Shown: positions 23,079-33,812 of the stretch, in pieces
How the letters are laid out: the number at the start of each line of letters is the position of its first letter
How positions within the stretch are numbered: the stretch's first letter is position 1
Assembly (NCBI GenBank): GCA_002633005.1
Contig: NMRA01000038.1
Coordinates: 1-33,812, forward strand
DNA: 33,812 nucleotides
Reading direction: 5' to 3'
Source: Phoronis australis
Taxonomy: Eukaryota; Animalia; Phoronida
Made by a program: the position numbers and the translations under genes
Notes under the pieces: model-generated
Told to the model about the DNA's origin: nothing
Seen by the model: only the letters and a program-made list of their open reading frames with translations
The model's database searches: none

Positions 23079-25245
23079 ACAAGAGCGACCCGGAGCGTTG
23101 AAATGCGCCCGCGACTGCACCCCAAACGGTGTGCTTCTATGGGTGTTTATTTGTATCATAAAACATGGATATTACATGGCACAGAATATTTTGAACCCAT
23201 CCAAAAGTGCAAAGTTGCCGTCGTCTCTCAAAATTATCTGCCAAATTTTATGGAAATCCGTCAAAGAACACCAATTATACTAAGGCAAGCGTGAAAAAAA
23301 AAACTTCCATTAGGAACAACAGCAGTAGTAGAATCCATCCACCTGCTGTCAAGTTATTAGGAACACAATTACAAAATTTCAAAAATATCTTGCAAGGGGT
23401 TTACGAGATACAGGTATAGATGCGAAAAAAATGTCACTAGAAGGCATCACAGCAGTTGAACCCGTTTGAAAATCCTCGTCAGTCATGCTCTTGTCAGTAG
23501 AAACACATCTGTCAATTTTCATAGTGATCCTCTGTGCCGTTCGCAGATACAGAAGAAAACGGCAAAGCAGACTAGAAATGATTAAAATGGTCACTAGTTG
23601 GTGCAGTATAGGTCGAACCCATTGCAGAAAGGAAAGCTGCTGTCGTCTTCATAACAGAAATTTGTTTGCCCAATTTCATGAAAAAGCATCAAGTTACAAA
23701 GGCAAACGTAAAAAATAAAAATTGCCCCAACGGAGCACAGATGCAGTTGGTTTGGTCAGAAACTGGCCGACTTATCGCCATAACAACATATCTGCTAAAT
23801 TTCAGAAACGTCATGCACAGGAGTTTCAAAGATACGCAAGACAACGAAAAAATGCCACTAGGGGCCACACCAACAGACGGATCCATCCAAATGTTGTCGT
23901 TGTCTGTTGTCAACTTCATATAAATACACTTGCCAAATTCAAGAAATGTCTTGCAGAGGGTTTGGGAGATGCGGCCATAGACGCAAAAATGTCACTAGGA
24001 GGCGGCATAGTAGTCCGAAAATAGTCATCGGTCGCTCTCTTCACTGTTTTCAAAATCATCCTTAAAGCGTTCGGTTGCTAGAGAGGCGAACGCCAAAAAC
24101 AGGTTAGAAAACAGTAAAAAAAATGGCCACTAGATGACGCAATATAGGTCGATTCCATTCAAAAACACATGAGGAACATGTCATCGTTTCTTGAATAGAA
24201 AGCTATTTACCAACTTTTACACATTGTTTGTCGGATCTGTCTGAAAGTCGTCGTCGACCGTTGTCAACTTCATATAAATACACATGCTAAATTTGATAAA
24301 GATTCTGCAGAGGGTTTAGGAGATACAGCCATGGGCGTAAAAACAAAATTGCCACTAGGTGGCGCCACAGAAGTCGAAGTCGTGGGGAAATCATCGTCAC
24401 CCGTCCTCTTCACAGTAGGAACATAGATGCCACTTTTCACTATCGTTTGGTTGACAGATGGGCAGACGACTCGAAAACAGTAAAAATGGCCAATAAGTGG
24501 TACAAAATTCCTTGAATCCAATCGAAAATGGCTGGATAACGTCACCTCACTAATGCATGCCTATCTGCTTAATTTTATGAAAATCTGTTGAGGAGCTTTG
24601 AAGATACGAAGGTAAACGTAAAAACTAAAATTGCCACTAGGGGGTACACTGGTAGTCTGATCCGTCCGAAAGCAGTTGTCAGTTGTAAACTCTACATAAA
24701 TAAATCTATTAAATTTGATAAAGATCCTGCCGAGGGTTTAGGAGATACAGCCTTTGGGCGCAACGAAAACAAAACTGACACTGAGGCGCCACAATATTCG
24801 AAGTTGTCGAAAATTCGTCGTCAGCCGTCATCTTCAGAGTAGGAACTAATAAGCCAGTTTTCACAATCATCTTTAGGGTGGTTTGGTTGATAGAGTGGCG
24901 GACACCAAAAACAGACTGTGTCGAAAACAATAAAAACGGGCACTCAGAGTTGGCGCAAAGTACCTCGAATCCATTCGAAAACGACAGGGTAGCGTCATCT
25001 CAGCAATACATGCCTATTTGCCAATTGTTACGACAAATCAGTTGAGGACCTTTGAACATACCTTAGAAAAACGTAAGTAAATAAAATTGCCACTAGGGGC
25101 CACACCGGTAGTCGGATCCATTCGAAAGTTCCATCATGCTATCCCATCCATAAAAGGAACAGATTTGATGAACAAACATTCAAGGGCTTTGGAGATAGAA
25201 CAGCGGACAGACGGTCGGGCGGGGATGACGGCATAATGCGCATAA
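23079..25245 (-). mobile_element. Helentron-associated (HINE/DINE-like) non-autonomous element with internal ~140-bp tandem array
   Basis: At least 12 diverged monomers marked by aaa(a/t)tg(c/t/g)cactag at about 130-160 bp spacing (23431-25095). One end has a GACA/GACG-like tract and gcgcataa; the other has acaagag...aatgcgc. This matches the known HINE layout. The array is certain; the family call is inferred. Confidence 0.7.
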
Positions 25246-25682
25246 CTTAAAATTGTGTTTTTCTGCCGCAAAACCGAAAATGTCCCTTTAATCTAGAATA
25301 ATGCTTATTCATAGAACGCCAACGGCTAGTAACCGGCTGCCTCGTGCAACTCGTCACTGCCAACCTCACCAAACAACTATTTTCAAGTACCAAATTTTAG
25401 TAGTTCACTGTATTTACAATCCTTGATGACCATAGACTCATATTATGAGCCCAACAATAACACCCAGAGTTTGCACAACCCCTGAAGTGGTCGGCCGGTG
25501 AAGATATATCCAATCGATTGAAACATTTTGATATTTTATGTTTTGGAAATTCACGCGATGTATACTCATCGATTTTTGCAATTCCCAAGACGGAGTTTTG
25601 TCCCAAGTGCATCATGTCGTAGCCATGTTGGAAACTATTTTGGAAATACATTGAAATTGGCAATGTCTGCTATTCTTTCATA

Positions 25683-25915
25683 GATGGATGGGTGCAACTC
25701 CCAGGGACGTTTCAGTACTTAATAGCTGGAGAGATAGAACGTCCAGAGGCGTTATAGTATAACTCAATCAAGAGATACAAACCCTAGAGACGTTTCAGTA
25801 TTCAATAGTTGGGGAAATACCACGCCCCGTGACGTTTAGTCTACCTGGATAGACAAAACACCCAGAGACGTTTTGTATACCTGGAGAGATACAACGCCCA
25901 GAGACATTTTAATAG
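25683..25915. repeat. Diverged minisatellite, about 6 units of 32-45 bp
   Basis: Recurring ggagagatacaacgcccagagacgttt-like core. Confidence 0.8.
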
Positions 25916-27143
25916 TTTCTGAGTAAAGCATGTATGAGGAATACATGATGAATTTTGATTTGTATAACAGGACATTAGGCCTATTGTCGAGCAAGATGAC
26001 CTTCTGCGATCAGCCTCACTGCTGAATTGAAACTGATGCCTATGTTAGCCGAGCAGGTCCCTTTTAAGTTCACCAAATAAGAAAATGGTGAAAATAACGT
26101 GGAAAACCGTCAGCCGCCTTTTGAACATTTTGCTGGGCATAGGTGAATAATGATATTCAAAACATGCCACGCAATATTACTTAATCAAGAATGGCTGGCT
26201 AGGCGAAGTGAAATCCCATTCAGAGATACGTAGCGGGCGATGATAAAGTTAATTTATCACGGAAATGCTGGTGCCCTGAAAAAGATAAAGTTGCTGCAAT
26301 GACTTTCAGAAATAGCGAGTGTTTGTGCCGTGACTAATAAATGTTACGTGACCTAAATTTTCGAAGTATGTTCTTGTCTGGTCTTTGATGATTGCTGAGG
26401 TAGTGTATATTTTTAGTTGTTCACGTTTTCAGAATAAAAAGTCATGTGTTGCCTTCTGAAATCTTTTTACTCTCAACCTCGCCAGATGCTATGGTAAAGA
26501 GGCATGGAATGCGAAATCTCCTAAAATACCTTCTAAAGAGATCGTGGCGAATCTAATTCTTGAGGATGCTAATAGAAGCGTTATTCACTTTGAATATTGA
26601 AAGAATTTCTAAAACTTTCATGCCAGTACAGTTTTCAAATTCTCTGCCCATAAGAATATATATGCGCGAATGCGCTATAAAGTCGCTGCTTGAAATAGCC
26701 ATTGTTTTGTTTACATCAAAGGCCACATTTTCCACGAGGGAAATATCTAGCCATACCAAATTTGGAGATGTGCTTTGTCGTATGAGAGAAAAATCTACGA
26801 AGTGACGAACAGTTAACAGATCGTTTTTTGAAATTTGTGACGAAAGAGAAAATGTTTTGGCATTACCAGAAGTTCAAAATCTTTACGAACAAACCATAAA
26901 AACACCTGGCGAACAGTTTTGTTTCAACGACAGCGACCCTCATTGAATACTGCAATTTAGTATGTTTTCACTTCTACACCCCTTTAAACGGACACGGATT
27001 ATCCGGCTTTTACTCTTGGCGCCTACTGATGCAATCTTAAATGGGCCAGCCTTATTTCTTACCCAGCGCCCTAATGTCAGCAGCTATTTCAATTTATTTA
27101 TTTGTCGTGTCTGTTAACAATTTAATTCATAACCCTACATCTG

Positions 27144-27532
27144 GGCCCGGTCTCTAATCTTTGTACTCGAAACGAACTCGAAACTATTCTTGGCAATTTC
27201 TCTGCTCCTTTTATGCGAACTTAAGATAATTGGTTATCAGACTGTGCTCGAATACACTATAGTTTATGCATAGGAGTTTCTAGTTCAAGTTTGCCAATGA
27301 AGACCCTTATATTCGTGCTATAAACTCGAGTAAAAACTCGAAATTTCGAGTTCAAACTCGAACTTATTGCTTTAATATTGGGTTTACAAACTGTGAACGA
27401 AGGGCAATAAGTTATCTACGTAAGTTATTGTGTACTTGAGCATAGAATAATAGACACTTACCTTGATTTCGCCCAAAAGTAGAGTAGAAAATGCCAAACC
27501 TAATTTCGAGTAAAAAGATTGGAGACCGGGCC
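27144..27532. mobile_element. ~390-bp palindromic PIF/Harbinger-like MITE, copy 2, CTG TSD
   Basis: TIRs ggcccggtctctaatctttgtactcgaaa / tttcgagtaaaaagattggagaccgggcc; CTG at 27141-27143 and 27533-27535. A 3-bp CWG TSD with GG termini is known for Harbinger elements. Confidence 0.9.
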
Positions 27533-30500
27533 CTGATGCTTGAAAGCTGTACGAAGAATACGAGCGAAATTATCCAGAAGAAAAAACGACCTTTTTAATC
27601 AAGTTTGTGTTAACGAGAGACTGCTCTCGAAGTCTACTGAATAGGCTTATAAAGTTGGTTAGCAAGAAAATTCATTTTGTACAGAGTTTTAACGGGTACA
27701 CTGCCGAAAAAAATTCAGACGTACTGGTTTTTAACAAATTTCCAAACCGCGTGGACAAATTTAGGTCTAAGAAACAACAAGAATGTATATGACAAGCAAT
27801 CAAAAATGAACTTATAACAACTCTAGGATTTATCTTATCACAGGGATGCTGGCATGCAATTTAGTCCAATCTCATGGGCTGTTTTCAATATCATTATTCA
27901 AATATGACGTCCATCAGCCCCGACTAGGATTTCATTTTCCGCACCATTTCCACCATTGTGTCATTTTTAGGGACTTTCAAAGGAACTGAATATTTAACCT
28001 GAAGTGACTGCAGTGTCATATTCCTCACACACACTTTAGTCTGAAAATACCATTTAATACCTCTCTGAAGTGTTACATGTATATTATATCTCGCAAGACT
28101 TAAAAGATAACCCAGATTACATTGATTTTCAAAATATTTCTAACATAGCCTCAAATAAGGCTGAAAGAAGGTCACATGGTACTCAATTTTGTCTTGGGAG
28201 CAATGACAATCGTTAAGTTTTTGCCGTGAATATTTGTTTAAAAAATGTAGGTAAAAAGTACATGTATACCTTGGCGTGTATGAGATTTACCATCATGATG
28301 AACAACCTTCATTTTGACAGTCTAAATATCCGTATTCACTTCTCAGGCTAAAAGGCATTGAATAAATATACAAGACTTGGTTTTGCTCGGCCAGTTGAAT
28401 AAAACGCAGAATTTCAGTTTTAAGGAAAATAATCACGTTACTGCGACCTCCATTAAAGTGACTAAGATCTGCATTTAAGTCATTAAGATAACAAAATAAA
28501 GTGACTGCATATACAAACATACATGAAATATACAGGCAGTTGTAGAATGCTAAGGATTGTAAAAATAAATGGCCCCATGGTCAGAGATATTTAATTGGTG
28601 CATAGGACGTACATATCGGGATCGCTAACGAATGTGACGTTAAATGGCTTCAGGCTTAGTGATACATGTACATGAATTACTTATGTGCATAGAATGTAGC
28701 TCTGATCACTTGGGATTGTAAACTTTTAAAATTGGCTACCACGGGCTTACTTTTGGAGAGTTTTTCGAAAATACGCCTATGGGGTGGGATTTGGGTGGCT
28801 TATTTTCGAAAACTTCCGGTATTTTCTTCATTTCTCGTTCACCGTTGTAGAATAATAAATCTAGTGATTGCAAGCATGTTTCCAAAAAGACACCCAACAA
28901 GCTTTGTATTTGGATCCCGGAGCTTCTCTAAAACAATGCTCGTTCAGTAAACAAAATTCTGATTTAGCGGAAAGTGGCGCTTAAAGAGGCGATTTTCATT
29001 TATTGACGTAAATTCAAAATTCAATTGAAATAAGAAGCATTGAACTGGCGCCAAGTTTCTTCTTTAATTAAGTTTTAAACTACTGTATGTTCAAATAAAA
29101 AGCAAACAAATAATGCAAACTCACAAAAAAACACAAAAACGGTCGATAACACGTCTCATGGTGCCCTGTGTGCAATATATAAGGCAGCTGTGCAAAGTTT
29201 GTGTTTGTGTTGAGTTTACAACTAAATATTAGTGAAATTGGGAAAATAAGATAATCAAGCAAATGTACTAATTCGTTACACATACATACCAAGCTCATAA
29301 GAAATAAAAAAATCCTGGAAGTTCTAGTTGCTTTGGAATTAAGAACAAAAACATATTTGTCGTAACAGTCACTTTTCACCCTGCACAGTGTTCGCACATA
29401 CATGTATACTGTCCACGCGCTGAATAGAAAGTGTGGGCTTCGTACACTGTATGCCCAATCCTCGCCCAAACTACACGCAATCCAGTCTTCTGAGGTGCAC
29501 AGTAGCACCCTTTCCAACACTTTTCAATTAAAAATTTGCGGCAAGAAAATAGGTCAAATTTCGGAATCAAATGTGCGCTTATTTTAGACCTACATATGCA
29601 TATTTAACACAGCAGTAATAAAAGTCTGTTACTCGAGACATTAATGATGTATTTGTTTGCTCTGACTGTGTTAATTTATAACAGGAACTAAACAACAATG
29701 CTATTTGAAAATCATCTACGCAGAACAAAGTGGTGTTGAACTCACTGACAACTTGTAATGCGAAAACAAAAAATTCTGCTTATTATTGTTGACCTTTGCA
29801 CTATTGACGTACCTTGGGGGCTCATAGCCGAATCATGAAGTGTCATTTTCCATCACCACGTCACGATACTTACTGGACATGGTTGTGTGATTTACGTCGG
29901 ATCATTTTCCACACAAAACTCGTTCTTAAAATTATTCGGCTTATTTTAACCTTCGCATTGCCGCCGTCGCTATACATCTATGTTGTGTTCCTAATTTTAT
30001 TGACCAAGCAGTCACAGAGATAAGGAATTGGCGTGCAACTTCCAATTGAAAGAGTGCAGAGACAAACTGAGCTTATCGTCAAAATCTACTTCACAACCTC
30101 AAGGTGTACCCAACGAAATTGGAGCCCAGGTGTGAAGCAGATATCCCAGTCAAAAACTCCAGCACCTTCAAACCAGCTAACCAGCCCGCAAAACACAAAC
30201 CCCGACCTTTTTAAAGGAGAAAAACAATGTTTGACAGACAGTGCAGGAGTGGTAGTCCCCGGGTGTCCTGTGCGATTCCTGGGGTTCCTGTTTTAAAGGA
30301 ACCCAGGGTTCAGACAGGAAACCCGGGCAATTTCTCAAAATTTCTGAGACCGTTGTCAGTTCGTAGTATCTGTGAATACCGGTAGGGGAGCGACATGAGC
30401 GCAACCTATCGTTAAAATCATTTTAACGATACATGTACAACCGGTTTGCTGAAACGGGGGTGGTCCCATGGCACCCCACGTCTCATTTTGCCCCACTTTC

Positions 30501-31617
30501 TTCAAAATGTACCACTGGAAAACTTGCACATCTCCCTCGTGGCCTCAAAGAAGTCGGACGTCGACTTGAGAATGCAACGCATTAGATACATTGTACGCGA
30601 TTACCGGGGATTTTCGATGAAGCACCCATGACCGTATAAAGCTCCCATGGGAACAGAAGGAAGAAATAGTGCCAATTGTGGAGTGTTTTAGGGAACAAAA
30701 AGTAACGTAAAGATTCAGTGTTTCCGAAACAGCGCTCTAGGCGCTTTCTCAGGTATTCAGATAGCTAGGTAAACCATGAGCTAGAAACCCAGTTTCTATA
30801 GCTTACTTGACCAATTTAGGTAACCATAACCATGCGAAGGCAGGATTTAATTGAAGGCGGTTGGCTCAAACCTAACAGACACAGTCGCTCAACAAATTTT
30901 GCTCCAAAATGACGAAAGGTATCGTCATTGTTTTCAAAGCAGATGCGATTTTTAACGTGACGGTCAAATTGACTATATATTGCCGGTTGCCAGTGTCAAT
31001 GTAAAGACTGTGATTGCAGTGGGGGTAAGTTCTAGCTCTGTGCAACACGCCATGGCGATTCAGCGCCACACATTCGTCAATGCTGAACTGACTACATGTA
31101 CAAGCATGAATTGGTTGCAGTATGTCTTAATATCCTATACTTTATCCAGGATCATAGGAATAAGAAAGTACCAAAAATCTTTGAATGGCTACCAGTTAAG
31201 TGCACAAATTCAACTTAAGCGGTTGGGTTAGCGAGACGAGATTCATATGCCGTTGAAGCCTCGTTTCGGCAATGGAATATCAACCATGTATAAAAATTAG
31301 GAATGGTTTATGTCGCCCATTTTTGTGGGGAGTACCAGAACTATGCGGTTTGTAAAATTTTCACACAAAAAATCCATTTTCCCCTAGTCCCGTATGACCG
31401 CCATCTTGGATTACAGGAAATAGCTTCTGTAAAAAGGTTTTTGTCAATATCAAAGCTTCTAAACAACCTATACAGTACAGCTTATATTGCGATTGATAAA
31501 CTACCAATTTCAAGGCAATTCTACCAACATAAATTAGTTTCACTCAGTTACAAACTTCACTTACTAGGGTTCTAGTAAGTGTTTTGCCAGTGATCATCTA
31601 TGAACCTTTCACAAAGT

Positions 31618-31697
31618 TCATCATCATCGTCTTCGTCATCGTTATATTCACCATCATCACCATCAGTTCCATATTTATTCTCTACGCCCTCATCATT
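31618..31697. repeat. Degenerate (TCA)n microsatellite
   Basis: tcatcatcatcgtcttcgtcatcg...caccatcatcaccatca; explains the poly-Ser ORF. Confidence 0.8.
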
Positions 31698-32336
31698 ATA
31701 CCACACTGTCGCTCTGGGAAGACCGATGGAAGACTACAGCAACCATCTCATGACCTTTGAAGCTGAAAGGACACCCGTCGTTGTTCAGTTCAGTTTTCCA
31801 CCGTACATTTGAAGTAGAGATTCTGCCGGGGATCCATTTGAAATTACTTTGACAGCAAGTGATCACATTGTGCATCTTGTGATCTTCAGCACCAAATGGG
31901 TCCCTATATTTCACTATGGTTGCTATGATCTAGTTGATAGCATCATGGTTATTTTTGACAACACCTGGTCCAAGGTTTTGCGTCAAACTGACCAAGGAAC
32001 TCTTTTACATCACATAGTTCTGTGACTATTAGGAAGCTTTGTCTAGCATTGGATTTGTTCGAGACGCCAACGACCCCAGGATGAGTTTTCATCAGACTGT
32101 ACATAATCAACGCTCTAGGGTCTTCGGGTGTATTTAGTACATACCGTCAGTCTAGTACAGTCAGGGTGTAACAATCTTAATATCTACATCATGTCATGTA
32201 TTTACAAAACTCGTTATGTACATTTTTCATTGCCCCACATACCGAATGACCAGGTTACATAGATAATTAATCCTATACAATGTTGGCAAGTCGCATATCA
32301 TTTTTTGACAAAGGAAGGGGATTTTGGATCTTTATC

Positions 32337-32500
32337 GTAGGCCGACCCAGGGGGGATCAAGTGGGTCCGGACAACCTTTCCCCTTGATTTTAGTGATATC
32401 AAATCTAGAATTTTCAAATTGTTGATTTGGAACACCTTTTGTAAAAATCCTTGATCCCCTTGATCCGACCCCCTTTTGAAAAATCCTGGATCCGATCCTG
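32337..32500. mobile_element. Related ~160-bp MITE
   Basis: Left gtaggccgacccagggggg and right aaaatcctggatccgatcctg; same terminal style as the two elements above but a different interior. Confidence 0.6.
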
Positions 32501-33812
32501 TTAAACAATGGTCTTCTTTGCGAAACAAGTAAAAAAGAATGGAAATGACGAAGACGGAGTATGCCAACACCCCTATGAGACGCTTTGGACAGTATTCAGT
32601 TTCAAATGTGTGATGAACTTTTTGCTTGAAATGCTATCACTCAATATCAGAACGGTTGCCATATTCCTATAGCGTGCATACTGTACAAAGAAAGAACGCG
32701 TTCAACGAAGAACGTTTTTATACAGTGTATAACCAAATTTCATCGTCTCCAAGAAATCCGCGAAGAGGAAGATAAATAATAACTAAGTATAAATAATTTG
32801 AACAACTTAGAAAGGGACACGTACAGGGCGTGACCGTCAGAAGCAAAGCAAGGTGGAATGAAAATGGAGAGAAGCCGATATTACTTTATAACCTGGAAAT
32901 TATAATAATTTACAGCCACAATTACCAAAGTTATTTGTAAAAGTAATGACCAAATTACTTTGTAGCGATGGAATCATTGATGGAAATTGAACTGTTTTAT
33001 GGTTCACTGTACTCGACTCAAGATAATGAGTTGGACGGACGATCTGAGCGGCGAAATGTTCAGTCCCGAAATACAAAACTAAATTTAACAAACAGTCCAG
33101 GATGAAATTAGTTTAAAGGAAGCTGATCGTGATCTAAATAGAATGAAAAATGAATAAAGTTTAGGAAGCGACGATTTCACAGTTGAATTCTATGAATTCT
33201 TGTGACCGGATTTATAAGCTTTTTGGTCTGATTTCCTTTCGGGGAGGATATATATCACCTTATCTGTTTTGATGTGCAGAAATACTTGAACTTATAGGGT
33301 GATTAAATGACTTCATATTGATAAGTCGAGTCAGAGAAATTTTTTAACAACGCTTTGGATCTTTTATGTCAATGATGTAAGTATTCCGTTTTAAAACAAA
33401 ATTTAATTAGATAAAATTAGTGCATCTGGATTGAGGGCAGTCGCTCTAACGAAAATTTTGTATGAACAACCACTTCATTCACTAAATTAGGAATAAGATT
33501 TACTGTTTAATTGTTTTGATATTGTACGTAGAAAATATATCTGTAACTAAATAAGGCGATCCAGATCCTCCCAAGGATACTATTGTTTCATGAAATGAAG
33601 AATACAAATCGGTAAATAAAACAACAAGAATGGATCAACTGAAATTTGAATTTTTCGGATGTAACAACTTCCTTTATCAACAAAAACAGAAATAAAGTAA
33701 AATCAAACACAAAATGACAATTGACATATAAGATATGGTGTAATGAAAATGATACATTTTTGCGTAAAAAATTCAATGACATATTTTAAGAAGTTTTTAT
33801 GTTCAATCCATG

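Noticed and set aside
23098-24930. Cluster of short ORFs in the satellite
   Set aside because: They lie on both strands with inconsistent frames between monomers; non-coding repeat.
25683-25915. CRISPR-like repeat spacing
   Set aside because: Eukaryotic context, degenerate repeats, no unique spacers and no cas genes.
29080-29587. 146-aa ORF and overlapping short ORFs
   Set aside because: Composition reflects AT-rich sequence, with no motifs or gene signals.
31696-32000. RTE-type LINE 3' end next to the (TCA)n tract
   Set aside because: The layout is suggestive but no reverse-transcriptase motifs are recognisable in any frame I read.

Overview
Eukaryotic, repeat-rich draft-assembly scaffold, most likely a marine invertebrate (lophotrochozoan-like; inferred from the receptor type and the repeat families, species not determined). 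It has two N-gaps and two single-N joins. Only one confidently recognisable gene is present: an intronless rhodopsin-family GPCR of the allatostatin-A/galanin receptor type (15182-16363, +). A second, unrecognised minus-strand coding unit (about 600 codons, three internal repeats, TATA-like box, Kozak-like ATG, AATAAA) is broken by frameshifts. It lies in a ~3.3-3.9 kb near-identical tandem duplication whose junction is a single N, so the two copies may be two haplotypes rather than paralogues. The rest is mostly non-autonomous DNA-transposon debris: a ~4 kb decayed TTAA-bounded foldback element, Harbinger-like and CAG(G/T)GGCGG-type MITEs, and a Helentron/HINE-like element carrying a ~140-bp satellite with higher-order structure. 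I found no convincing novel multi-gene system. All alignments were done by eye.
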